64,000 nucleotides of DNA from Trichinella spiralis. Its lineage: Eukaryota. The position numbers were made by a program, and so were the translations under genes. Where the stretch lies: the NCBI RefSeq assembly GCF_000181795.1, contig NW_003526944.1, positions 5,417,816 through 5,481,815 on the forward strand. Reading direction: 5' to 3'. Below, piece by piece: positions 22,655-36,652 of this stretch. The notes beneath the pieces are model-generated. The model was given only the letters and a program-made list of their open reading frames with translations, did no database searches and was not told where the DNA came from. Numbering within the stretch: the first letter of the stretch is position 1; every line of letters begins with the position of its first letter.

Positions 22655-25600
22655 CAAATAAAATCAAGTGCCTGCAATATTAAACAATAACACTTTATTA
22701 ACGATTATTTACAGTAAGAAAACTTGGATAAAATCTTTCATCACAATCATCGCATTGACTATTTATATGCAATTTTTCTAAATTTGGACATAAAAGTAAT
22801 CAAAAAATGTCACATTAAGAATGAAAAATTATATACTGAAATTTAACAAAAAGCAAATTTCAGAAACTGTAAAAGCATCCACTAATTAATCAACAAACAG
22901 AAAATTTATATTATTTTCATTTAACATTCTGTTCACGAGTCAGTTTGTTCCACAACGTTTCTGACATTGAAGACAAATTTAGCAAGACTCTCAAAGCAAA
23001 AATTTCAAGACAAAAGAGATTTTAAAAATAGCGTAATTAAAACTGCCACTTTCTCCATTCAGTACAGAATTACTTTTTAACAAAGTTAGCAACTGCTGCT
23101 GCAGTGCATGGTTTTAAAAAAATAGCCTTGCACTCTTCAATGCAACAAATAAAAGCATCAATTTGAAATTAATTTTTAAAAAATCAAAAGAAAATGATCC
23201 ATTTTTTACATTACCGTAGCAAAAATTCTGAAATTTTCAATCGAGGGAAAATTTTCATTGCTCTGCTTAGCTTCATCCAAAAAATAGAAGGATACAAATC
23301 ACAGCCCATTTGCTTTATTACAAACAAGCATTAACATCTAAATGAATAAAAATTATTAGGACATTGGTAATAAGGATGAACAGGATCTTTGGAGCAACAA
23401 CATTTCATTAAAGCTTTATACAACAAAATGCATTAAATTCGTTCGAAAATTAAAAAATTAAACATGAAAATTAACAAATCAATTCATAAAAATAAAAATA
23501 TTTTGTAAATAAATACAATTTACCGATTCTAAAATAAAAACAATCATCAATGCAGCAAAATCATTTCAAAAGCTGAAATTTCATACATACTGTAAGAATT
23601 AAGTGGCAAAGGTGTTTAAAACAAAACATAACAAATAAATAATGTAAAATCGATTTAATTCATAAATTCAATTATCTAAATGAAATATTTCATAAAATAT
23701 AAATGAAAAGAAATAAATAACAAAATGCAATATTCAGAGATACGCTTTAATGTTGCTTTTAAATAAAAAATATTGCATCATAAAAATAAAGAATTTTTAT
23801 AAACGAAACTGTTGATAATATGATACTTTTCTAATGTCTGGGGAAAATGTACTAATATTTTACAAAATAAAAATGAAAAACCCTTCGCAACATAATAAAA
23901 TTTAATAGTAAACCTGGGGCAAATGCTGTTCTATTACGCGGAAATTAAAGACTAAATTTTAGAGTGCATTTCACAAGAATTATTTTTATTTTGATTTGTT
24001 TTTTATTCTTTTTTCTTATTAAGCATGATTTTTTTCAATTTTTTTATACAAAATCGAATATACCAGGATATCAAAAAATGAAAATGAACAAAGACCTGCA
24101 GACTTTTAATATTACTGTAATTGTTGCAAATGTAGGAGAATTTCAATTTTGAATTAAATTTTTATTCTTCATTTTCTAGCTGTGCTAAATGATCTTTTCA
24201 AATGGTTTAGATTCAATTAATTTTACATATGTAATTGCCATGTTTAAACGTGCTATGTGGCATTTTTCACTATTCAGCACTCAGCTAGTATATAGTGTAA
24301 GCAGTGTTCTCGCATTTGACGGAAATTGCATCAATTACGGAAAGCATTCAGCGTCGTCGAGTTTCAATAGTTCATTTTATTTGAAAAGCTCAACCAACTA
24401 TTGAGTAATAAATGACGCTAATTATTCTTCTTCAAAAAGCCAGCGCGTCGTAGAGTTGAGCATTTTAAGCAGCAACAACAATCTCTTGTGAAAGAATCAT
24501 CAAATTACATTAAGAAACTGTCTTTTATTCGTCTAACAGCATCATAAATGAGTCAATTATGCTAAAAAACGGAAAATATTATTATCGTTCTTCAACATTG
24601 ACATGAATATTGAATTTTTAATTTTTTGTTTTATAAAATATTTAAAATAGTGATAATTATTGTAGTTGTTGGTTGGTTGAATTGTTCGCTCGGTCAAGCG
24701 TAACAAATTGCAAGCCAACGCGACCGGCTTTTTGTCAATTTAGCCTAATTTTGACCCTAAAGATTGTGTAGGAATGTGTTGACCTTGTCGGCAGTTTTGC
24801 TTTTACTGTTTGTTCACTTTGGTCATTGTGGTCAATCCACTTGACCAAAATTGATTGTCAAAAAGCGCAGCCGGATCATTGCCTGATCGTTCACATCAAA
24901 AACAATACCGCCAGATTTATTCCATCTATCCTGAGATGTTATGCATCTGCAAAATTTTTTATTTTACTTAAACTCGCTTACATGTAAGCACAACTAACCA
25001 TAAGCATGTAAATTTTACATTAATAAAAATCGAATAAATATATGCATATATTCATTTATTTTCTTTATAATATATTTGGCATTCTTTTTTGTTCTTTATA
25101 TCGACGTATAAATTTTCAAGTATTGCTTTATTGTCAGTGATTCTAATATTTAGCCATTCATTAAAGCTATTCATTAAAGCGTTGCAATCAACACCTCAAA
25201 TGACGGACGAGCGTAATTTGTGACCGGTCGTTACTTTCGTTAACAACAGCCGGCCAAGCAAGCAATCCAAACCCCGGAATTAGCTCGCTTGTTCTTTCTG
25301 GCAAGCCAATGAAATATCGAATTGAAATTTCATTTTTAGCTAATAACCTAAGCCCAGAAATAATCATCGTTTCATCTTTCTAGCCAAACCAACAACATGT
25401 ACGTATGTCTTCCATCCATTTTACTGACCAACGATGTACTACCCTAATTTCAATAAATATAATTTTCTTTTAATGGAAAAATATAATGTTTTGATTAATC
25501 ACAATTATGAGATACGACAGAAAATTATACATGTATAATTTTTCATCCAGAGTATCATTTGTATATACATCTATGTGATTGCTGTTTTCAAAAAGCAATA

Positions 25601-26819
25601 GGAACAATGTTCAAATTACACGTTCAAATGCATTGTCATATCATCATCATCATCATCATCATCTATCATATCAATTCCATTATCAGTGAACAATATATTC
25701 CAGAAATATTGTAAATTTGATATTTAATTTTCATTCATCATATTCACAATATGCACATAAACACTATACACAATTTAACAAATAATGTTTGCCATTAAAA
25801 ATTTCATTTTGGTCATTAATTAATTTTCTAATTAAATTTTAAATAAATAATTTTCATTTTTTAATTTACATTATTGTAAAGGAAAAGAAGTATTATTATA
25901 AGAGAAAAGTAGTTCAAATATTGAAAAAGAAAAATTGCTGAGAAATTGAGCGAAAGAAAAATTAAATGCACAAAGTACTTGCTTCATGTAAAGAACTGAA
26001 TATTTTTTATCTTGAACAGTATCAATCAATGATTGATCATTTTTTTCACATTTGATTGAAAAAATTTTTCTACAAATGCTTATCAATTATTAACCAAAAA
26101 TTTGATACAACGATTCATATTTTGATAATAAATTTTCCAATTACCAATTTTAGTTTATTTTATTGTCGAATTTGCATAAAGTAAAATTTGCCTTCAATGT
26201 TTTCCATTGTAATAGAAAGAATAGACTTCGGATTTGTTCAAAAATCACTCCAGAAACAAAAAATCACAGCATAGCAACAGAGTTTTCGTTTTGTAATTGG
26301 AATATGCAATACAAAAAAAGCAGTATCCAGCTGAATTTTAAACTTGATTTTTTACAAAATTTACAAAATGCTGACGACTATTTATTCAATTATTCACAAG
26401 GACGTGGCGTGGAAAAAAGTAGGAAAAGTGTTTTTCAGCGGAAAGGAAAAAAATTAAAAGGAAATAAATATACCACTGACCTTTAATAGAGTTGTTCATT
26501 GTTATGTACTTTGCAACATGCACAATGACAAGGAAGAGAACATTTCAAAGCTTGTGCTCGCCTTTTCGTCATTTTATACATTAAACATTTTTTTAATTTC
26601 CCAATATGAACAGCAATTATTATTATTATCAATAATAAATTATTACCACTAGATGTATATGTATTTATTAACAGGGAAATTCGAGGTGGTGTCAGTGAGG
26701 TAAAAAAGGAGAGAAAAAATTCTTTAGAACAATAATATAATAAAGCAGGGCAGGGTCGGCGCCATCGAATCGATACGCTGTCGGAACCCTCCCGTGCGTC
26801 AGGCCGCTCAATTAGCCTT

Positions 26820-26862
26820 CGGCGCCGCCCCGCCCGCCCCCTCAATTGGTGTCGACCAATGA
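26820..26862 (+). promoter_or_regulatory. GC-box and CCAAT cluster upstream of the collagen gene
   Basis: ccgccccgcccgcccc and ccaat lie ~200-240 bp upstream of ATG 27065 in an otherwise AT-rich context. Confidence 0.35.
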
Positions 26863-27064
26863 GAGTTGGCGCGTTGAATTCAACTGCCCGAGTAAGCTGC
26901 TGCTGGCACAGAGCACATACGACCTATCAAATAAAGCTGATTTTTTCGCCGGAAGATGAAGCTCTGCTGGGTTGAAAGCAGCAAAACAACAGTGGAATAC
27001 TGAAGTGACGGAAGAAAAGCATTTGATAATAAAACACAAAAAATAACAGCTTGCATTTTGAATA

Positions 27065-30000
27065 ATGCAGCCAACGTGCGACGAAATGGACAAGCTGATG
27101 GCGCCGGCCAAAACGGCCCCCAAGCATGAATCCATGAAGCAAGAAACCGAACGGTGCCAAAACGGTCTCAAGTTCACTTTGCTCTTCATCTCCACTGCTT
27201 TACTGTTTATAATTTGCATAAGTTGCGTTGGATTTTTGATTGTCCGTCTATCGAATCTTGAACAACGTCTTCACATATTGGAAATGAACTGCCCACCACA
27301 TTTACTATTAAGTCTAGAACATCTATCACTTGAAACTTTGTCAAAAAATCAGACGGTAATAAATTTATTATTATTAAAAATTTGTTTATTTATATCTTTT
27401 TCTTTTCAGCTTGATCGACAACAGATCCGTAAATGGCTTGGCGTTGAAATGTGCAATTGTGCACCTCCAAGATTACAATCAGGTAATCATACTTTCATAA
27501 TCGTATACTATCAGCATTTTTGCTTCGTTGTTCGTCATCTTGTGCAGTTTTCCTCTTTTTTTTTAAATTTCATTTTTTCTTCTTTTCATAGGAATTATTA
27601 ATATTTTCAAAAAATAATTATGCAATGTAGTGATGAAATGCAGGTTCTGCGTAATCGATCAGTAATATTAGCAATAGCAAATGGGAGAGAGAAAAAGAAA
27701 GAAAGAGAGAAAGAGAGTTCAAATCACCAAATGTTTTAAACCATTTGGCGCCGGCTTGTCAACGTCGGCTAAAGCAAAAGTGCTTCCGGCCGAATTTTGA
27801 TGGCAGCTGGCGCCTTCAGCTAAAACACCGAGGTTAAGCACAACTTCTTCAGCTTTCTTTGCCGGCAGCAGCGTGTCGTAATCTGATGTAGGCGGATTAC
27901 GCTACCCTGAGCAATTTGGTCATATAATAATAATAATAATAATAACAGTCTCAGCTGAGACTTGATCGCACCGTTTCTGTCGGGCTCATTTCCTTCAATT
28001 TTCCTTTTTTTCCTCTTTTTTGCACAACAACAACGACAACTATAATTATCACCACGAACTGTCTCGGCGGTGATTCATTTCGTGCTTCTCAAACGCAGAT
28101 TAAGTCAGCTGTCCACACAGCTTGACATGAACACAACGTCCATTGCCGAGTGTAAAAGTTTTCCTCTGTGTGAGAAGCAACAAAAAAAAGTAGTATTAAA
28201 GCTTTTTTCTCGACAATGACAAATAGGTCAACCGTCGTACAGCTTAGCAATGTATTATTATAATTTCGCTTCGATGAAGTGGATGTAAGAGAGGAGAAAA
28301 GCAATCACCAAGCCTTGCTTGAAACTTCTGTGACATAATCGAGTGGAAATAAGTTGCTATTATTTGGAAAATTATTATTCATTTGTTTTTGCTTTTTGCA
28401 TGCTTTTCCCAGTTGCTCTTGATTGATATGCGCTTGAATAATTTTTCCTTTTGTTCTTCAATTAACACTTACACATTTACCATATTGTCATTATTGTATA
28501 CAAGCCTGTATGGAAAAAAGCCAAGTTGAGGAGAGGAAAAAAAAGATGAAATTTACTCTTTTGTTCACTTTGACACACAGTATGATATTTCAAATCAAAT
28601 TAGCTAACAATAAAAATAAACAACAGTCTGTGACCTGAACAACATCAGTAGTAGATCTGGGGTAATTCTTACTGTCACAACAGTAAAAGGTAGTTTTCGA
28701 TGGATCTGTTTTCAACGTCACAAAGCTGGAGAAAAATCAACAGAGACCCCAAAAAGCGTTAGCCTAGTAGTAGAATGCTCATTTTTATGCTTGCAGTTGT
28801 CAAGGAAATTTTCGTTTAAAACAGTTGGCCTTTAAGCAAAGTTTTTTGCTTTGTTCTCTGGTAAATACATTTTTTTCCAAAAAAATTATAACCAAACATT
28901 TCAATGTTTGCCAAGGGAATTTTTTTCTTTTTTTAATTTCAAATTTCAAAAGATTCATTTTGCAATAAGTGAAATCAGTTTTGAAAAGTTGAAATAAAGA
29001 AAATTCGTTGTTCTTTTTATGAAATTTCAAATCAATCTGCCATTTCAGTCGAATTTGTGCAGTCGCGTCTGCAGCAGATGTTTGCAATTTTTCATTAATA
29101 ATCGCGGCATCGCTTTCAATTTTGGAAAAATGAGACACAACTTCTTCTACACAATACCTTTCTTTTCATCATTGGTTGCCATTTTTTTCGCAGTTCACCA
29201 TTTGTTAATTCAATTTTCTGCTTGCACATTCTTCTCTCTTCCAAAGCATATATACATATATACATTCATCAAAATTAGAACAAAACAACTGCTTTCAGAG
29301 TTATACGAAAATTATAATAAATGAAACAAAGTAATGGATAGAATTGTTCAGTTGAATATTGTCTAGCAGTTTGCCCACAACAATAGCGAAAGAAATTAAG
29401 AGCACAAATAAAAACTGATATTCCACCATCGGTAAGCTGTATCACGTTTCTGTGAAACATCTGCCCCAATCTGCCGCTTGTAATTTTCTCTTCTCAACTC
29501 AGATCAACGGAAAAAGTGAACTATTTCCCGGTTGAGACTGTTGACCGTCAAGTGGCGTCCAAGTGGACATTGCCAACAAGGTTGCATATTTTTGTGGCAA
29601 ATGACCGCTGAAATTGACCACTGGAAAATATTTACTTTCAAATTCAAATGACGTTTTACAACCAACCTCGTGTCGACCAGACCGAATGTATCTGTGTGTG
29701 TATATATGTATGTACACGTATGTGTGTATTTTTATTGTTGTTCCAATTGCTGCAAATGTATGCGCATATTGTTCAGCAGAACAACTACGCGAATTGGCTT
29801 TATTAGCCGTTGACCAGATTGCAATTATAAAAAGGAGAAACAGAATAAAAAAAAGAAGAACCGGCACTGCGCATATGCTATGCCTGTGTGTTCTAGAGAT
29901 ATTCTCTTTCCGTCTAGATGTACAACATATATGTGTACAGATTATGATGATAATTGGAGAAAAAAACTGTACAACATTGAAAGCAGATGTGACATTGGAT

Positions 30001-33000
30001 GAGATTGACTGGAGAACCCTACAGTGAAAGTGAAGTAGCTCGTTAGTGGCAATTCGGTGAACAATGGCAAACAAATCGACAGATCAATTCCTGTGTGTGC
30101 TTGTACAGTATCCGTATCCGTATGTTTGCTGGCCACCGATGGCGACCCGAGCCGGCTGTATCAAATCAGCAGATGAGCAAAATGTAGCTTTGTCGACCTC
30201 TCCGAGGTCGGGGTATTGTGCAATTGGGAAAAAGGTCGGCGATCACTATCTGACCAGGCACGGAACGGCGCCGTTTTTCTAAGGACGTGAGCGCGACTCA
30301 GTTCACGCGCCGGGCGCGAACTAACAATCATTATCCCAGCCTGAGCTGAGGGGACCAAAAGCGTACCGAATCTCTGAGATAATCAAAGGCCGTTAGCCAT
30401 TGAACGTCATTGTCGTCCAAAGCACCTGACACTCACTTTCATCCGACCATTTGGACCAGGAAAAAAACCCCATTATACACCGGTTGCATGAATGTACAAA
30501 GACGCAGCTGGCTGCTAACAGCTGCTGCTTACATTAATATAATTTTCACCATCTTGAAGCAACAATTTTGTTAGCAATTCACTCTTTTTCTTCTCCTGTT
30601 ATTCTGCTCATGAAAAGGCAACATTTTTCTATATAGATTTTTTTTTGCAAAAGTCACAAACCAACTTCTTCACTTAATAATCACTGATTTCTATCGTCAT
30701 TCATTATTTTTGACAACTTTATCAAATGGGAGACAACGACGATAAATATTTATCTGAATGTTTATCGTATGACAACTATTTCTCCTCAACTGACAACGCA
30801 AAAGGAGATTGACCAAAGGCCAATTCAAACCAACAATACCAACCAGGCTTATCTAGATCATCTGTTCAATCAGATGATTTTCATTTGGTCAGTTTTTTAA
30901 TAATATAAAATTAAATGATGAAAATGGAAAAGAAAATGATGATCCTCGAAACAGTTCCACCGTTAATAAAACAACACTTCTTCAATAATAATTCAGCATA
31001 ATCAAAAACTATTCATTGATAAAGAAGTAATTAGAAAACTAATAAATAAAAATTGTCAAGAAGAAACTGCTATCCACGTATAAGCGTAGATGTTGTTTTG
31101 ACAAATTAAAATGTATTCTTTTTTTTAAAATTTGCAACATTTTCCATATATTCAAATTGTATAAATTTCTTTTATTATTTTCAGGATCTCGAAACGCCCG
31201 CGGATTAAGAGTAAGTAGTACAACAATCTAATGCAAATAAATTCACGGAATTCAATTACATTTTTTAGCATGCAGAAAAAACACCTGAAGCTAATGAAAT
31301 CTCAGTAAGTGATACAAAATTTAATAAAAACTCTTCAAACCATGCTATAGTAGTAGTGGCAGCAAAATGTCAAATTACTGCTGCTTCAGATAACAACTAA
31401 ATGAGCACTAATAATCATGTGTTTTTCTGTCATTGTCTAGGGTGCTCGATCAACTCCCGGTAGATATGGCCCAGCCGTAAATAGCAATTTAGTGCCATTT
31501 TTTCAAATTCTATATGCATTTTTTGTAGGGTAATCGAGATGTTGGAAAAATAATTGATCATTATCAGTTCAGTCAATTCGATTTGGAAATGCTCCGCGGA
31601 CCACCTGGACCACCAGGACCAAGTGTAAGATGCATTCAACTTTGAGTTTCACTTCATGCAAATAATATGATAACAATTATCTTTGAAGGGTCCAAAAGGT
31701 TCTCGTGGATATCCCGGCTTTCCAGTAAGTTCAATTCCGCTTAAAATTATCAAATATACACGCACTTACATTCTTTTTCATCACGTTTTCAGGGTCCCAT
31801 TGGTCTTGATGGTCCTAAAGGAGATCAAGTACGCAGTGTTTTACAATATCCTATACAGCGGATATCATAATTATATGAGTTTTCAGGGTCCACCAGGCAT
31901 GAAAGGTGATCAAGGCGAAAAAGTAAAATGCATCAATTTCAACATTAAGCAATTTAAATTAATAACGAAAAACCTTTAACATTATTTAGGGAGATCAGGG
32001 TCAACGAGGAGCCATAGGACCGCCGGGTCCAAAAGTGAACATTTTACTGAGAGCTCTACATTAATCAGTATTTCAAATGACTCATTTTTAGGGCGAATCT
32101 GCACCTTCTCTACGCGAATACCGGCTTTCACGACGGGTAATGACACTTTTAAAAGCTTATATTTTTTAAATAAAATGCTTCTTCACGTTTTTATGGTCTA
32201 TTTATTTAATTTCACTTTTCCTATTTTTTCCATTTATTTCCAAAACATAATACAACTTCAGGACAACGCTGTGATAGCAGATGATACAGATATGGACACG
32301 ATTTATTACAATTTTCCGATGAAGATGATAAAGGTTTAAAATCAAAATCTGTTTTGTGACAGTTGTTCGTATTTGTGAAGATAGATGTTCAATTGTGTTC
32401 TCTTTTAACTATATATATATATATGCATATCTTTATATATACATGTGCTTTTATTCTACTGTTTTTAGTAAAAATGTTTTCTCAACAATTTTACTATTTC
32501 AAACTGCTTTCAGGGAGAACCAGGACCTCCCGGACCGCCAGGTATTCCAGGCAATAAAGGTGAAAAAGGGGATCGTGGTTTGCCAGGCTACGATGGTCGT
32601 TCAATCATGGGCCCGAAAGTATACCGTTTCATTTTATATTGCATTGTCAATCGTCGTTGAGAGAATTTGTATATTTTTTTCAGGGTGAACCAGGTCGTCC
32701 TGGAAATCCAGGTATCCAAGGTCCAGCAGGTCCTCCTGGAAAACCAGGGTCGAAGGTAAGAAAAGTTTTAAAAACAAAAAATAGTCGTTGCACGATGCTT
32801 CTATGAGTTGTTGTACCATACAGTGTGGTTGTTTGTTTGTGTACTTTGTAGGGTGAACAAGGAGTTCCAGGCTTGCCAGGCGTTCCAGTGAGCTCTTTTA
32901 AATTGATTTTGCTGTTGTTGTTTCGTGTTGTTCAGTATCGTGATTTAAAAATATTCAGGGTGAAAAAGGTGCTGTCGGTCCTAGAGGTCCAGTCGGTCCG

Positions 33001-35893
33001 CAGGTACGGCCTTTGCTAAGGACCGCATTCGCGCACCAGCCGGATCTAAGCAACCTTGCCCAATACGCGCAGCATTTGCGCGGTCCACCAGGTATTCCAG
33101 GGGATCCAGGTCCTCCTGGACGGCCTGGTGCGAAAGGAGAACGAGGAGTGCAAGGATTTCCGGGAATCCCCGGCGTGCAAGGTCCCAAAGGAGCACAAGG
33201 AGAAAAGGTGACAAATACCCCATTCCATCAGTCTTTCGTTGCATGTATCATCAGTGTTTGTTTTGTCAAAAATGTCAAAAACCACTGTTTGCATTTTAAT
33301 TCTGCAATATTTTGCTCAGAAAATTATAAAAAATCCATTTTCAGGGTGATAAAGGTGAACGGCTTCCACTGCCAACGGTAGGCGTTGGTGGTAGAGCAGC
33401 TTTTATCGAAGGTCCTCCTGGTCCTCCAGGTCCACCAGGACCAAAAGGTGATCGAGTAAGTGAATTATTTTTTTTTATTCTTCTAATATTTCTTTTTTCT
33501 CATTTCGACAATGTTTCAGGGAGATTCCGGACTACCGGGAATGAAAGGAGACAAAGGTGATCGAGGTCGTCGAGGAAGAAAGGTAATCCTCTGCACCGCT
33601 TGTCTGCTTATTATGCATAATTGGTACTGCACATCGATTGCACGACTATACACCGTCGCATGTTCATTTCGGCTGCCTTCTCTTTCTTTTTCATTTATAT
33701 CACAGTTATTTAAAAAGGAAATGCGCAATATCGCGTTAATGCTGATAGCTTTTTTTGGACATGAAACACAAAAACTAAACACTAGAAAACAACTTACTGA
33801 AAAAATAGCCAGCCAGCTTCAGGATATCGCCTATACTCTACTACAGCGTAAGTGCTGAGGAGAAAATTCATGTCTGGCTGTTGTGCAATTTTGTGGTGCC
33901 TTTATATGTCATTGTGTTGTTGTTTTCTTCTCTTTTTCTACATGTCTAACATATTCAATACATTTTACCAGATCCAAGTAGTCACTCCTGTTCTTTTTGC
34001 AGGGTCTTTCGTGCGACATAAGCTTCATTGACGAAGAGCAACTTTTCGCAAGACTTGTTTTGAAATTTCCTAAAGGAGCTGCAGGTCCGCCAGGTCCTAA
34101 AGGTGATCAAGGTCGTATAGGTCCTCCAGGATTACCAGTAAGTTATAAACTGCTTTGCTCAAACGGACAGAGTTCAACCAAACGAATGAATACTTTCATT
34201 TGATCAAGGGTCCACAAGGTCCGCCTGGTCCAGAGGGTAAAATCGGTCTGCCTGGTTCTCGCGGCGCGCCAGGCTCACAAGGTTTACCTGGTCATGCTGG
34301 AACGAAAGGAGATCGAGGTTTAATTGGTCCACCGGGTCTTCCAGGACCACCAGGCTTGCCAGCTGCAACATTCGGCACTGATCATCAGGTAAAATAAAAA
34401 TTAATTTCAATAATGGAATGTTTAATGTTGAAAAATTCAGCTTTATGAAATTCGTGGACCGCCTGGACCACGAGGAAGCCCAGGACTGCCTGGGTCACCC
34501 GGTTTAAAAGGAGAACCTGGCGAAAAAGGTGCCCAAGGTCCTCCAGGAATAATGGGCTTACCGGTAAGCTGGAACACTTTTTAATTCTGCTTTACCTCCA
34601 CAAAATAAAAGAAAACTCCACAAATTTAAATCCATAATTATCACTGTAAAATTACAATATAAATATGGTTCGAAATTACATTTGCTTTAAATATTAACAG
34701 TTCATACATACTTTGAATTAAGCCATATTATTGGAAGACTTTTCTACATACTGAAATTCCACCATTCCTTTATTGGAATGTGAATAACACATGAAAAGTA
34801 GTTTTATTGAAAATACAATTTTTATACCATTAAAATGTTAATTTATTTAGCAAAATATTAACACAGGGCATAACACATTTCAAAGTTGTTTATCCTAAGT
34901 TCCAATACCGCAGATTATATACTTAAGACATTACTGATAAATTTATGGAAAATTCTATTAATTAAAATAAAAAAGAATCACTTACATTGGAAACAAGTAA
35001 GCATTTTTCTGTTGCTTAATATGATTGGAAGTTGCGGTCTGGCAGCGTAAATGGATTCCAGCTCATTTCGACAAAAATCTATTCCAAATAGCAAAACGGC
35101 ATAGAACATCCGCAACAGTTGGGATGGATGCATGGAATAAATTTCTTTTTTCTCTTTGAAATAATGACCATCTACTTTACAGGGTCCTCCAGGGCCAATG
35201 GGCCCCAGCGGCATCGCCGGGACGACGGTAAGTAAACCGTTCGCTGACGCTTGACAAGTTGCAAAGGAGAGCTCGAGGCAGTCTGGCATGTTGTTGTTCT
35301 TGTTGTTGTCATTGTTTGATGTTGTTCTTGTTGTTGTTCATCATCACAATCATCATCATCATCATCATTACCATCTTCTTCTTGTTATTATTTGACAATT
35401 GTAGATCTTCCTTGATTTTTTCTTTTTTGCTTAATCCAATTAACAATAATCATACATTTGCAGGGAAAGGATGGTCTTATTGGACCAAAAGGCAGCAAAG
35501 GTGATCAAGGGCAACAAGGTCCACCAGGATTAAAGGCAAGTTTATCTGCTTGAATTGAAAAAAAAAAAACTTTAAAAAGCTATTTTCAGGGTTCACCAGG
35601 GCAAAAAGGTGACAGAGGTGGGCCAGGTCCGCGAGGTCCGCGCGGTAAGCCAGGCTTCCGTGGAGCCAAGGGTGAACAAGTAGTGAAAAACAATGGCTAA
35701 GTTTTATTTTTTGAAGTAACGAATGCAAAATTTGTTCCAGGGAATTCCAGGTTTAGATGCACCATGCCCTCTCGGACCAGACGGTCTTCCATTACCCGGT
35801 TGTGGTTGGAAACCTTTCAAAGTATTGTCACCATTTTTTCCTTACGAATATACATATATATATAATGCAAATGCATTACAGACAAGTCCGTGA
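27065..35893 (+). CDS. col-99: Membrane-associated collagen with interrupted triple helices (MACIT; collagen XIII/XXIII/XXV type), many small exons
   Basis: Short cytoplasmic N-terminus, TM ([24 protein letters not shown]), [13 protein letters not shown] coil, Gly-X-Y exons ~31600-35760, and the diagnostic C-terminus [21 protein letters not shown]; last exon TSP* ends at 35893. Confidence 0.9.
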
Positions 35894-36652
35894 TCATTGT
35901 CGACGCTCAGGAAAAAGACAACTACAAAGAAAAAAAATTGCCAAATTTGAATCAAAAAACAAAAATCTACCGACCACCCGATAAAATATCCCGCATCACT
36001 GTTGCTTGTTCGTCGTACAAACAAAATTGCATTAATCACCATTCCCATCCACCTGTCGTTACCTTCTGGCGCCTCTTCCTTTCCAAAGCTTGTCGATTTT
36101 CGTTCGTTTGTGTTGCTGTTTTCTTTTACGCAACTTTTACAATCAATAAAAAATAATAAACAAATAAATTAATAGCATGAAATAATACCACCAATAATTT
36201 TTTTTCTGGGATCTTGTTAAAAGTATAAAATTCAACTGAAATTTCAGTTAGGCACATCATGCGCGCAGCGGCTGGCTTCAATACTTATGCATATATTATT
36301 CAGTATTCTAATAAATAACACGCCTGTGCAAACTGTTCAGCACAAACTAATTACCGGCGTGTTGAACAAAAAATCCTCAAATAGGAAATAAATAAACAAA
36401 TAGCAATAAGGGGAAAACGTGGCGCGCAAGATGTTTGCAGATGTCAAACGTTGCCATTGTGAAATACCTCAAATTTCTGAGCAAGACAAAAAACAAATTG
36501 CGAATAGAATTTAAATACGGATGAGGTTCAGAGCAACAATGGCCACAAAAAAATCGCATTAAAAAAAAAGAAAAAAAATATCATCGGTAACGTATTTATA
36601 AAATTTTCTTCCTTCCATCAAATCAGCTTCAGTGGCTTCAATAGAGACCGGC

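Noticed and set aside
23285..23297. GTATCCTT (U12-type 5' splice site) on the minus strand
   Set aside because: Not at an identifiable exon boundary and no matching branch point found
29499..30358. Long ORFs (191 aa, 137 aa) inside the collagen's large intron
   Set aside because: Low-complexity, no recognisable domain, overlapping on both strands; best explained as chance intronic ORFs
32955..33294. Minus-strand Gly/Pro-rich ORFs
   Set aside because: Antisense shadows of the collagen Gly-X-Y exons
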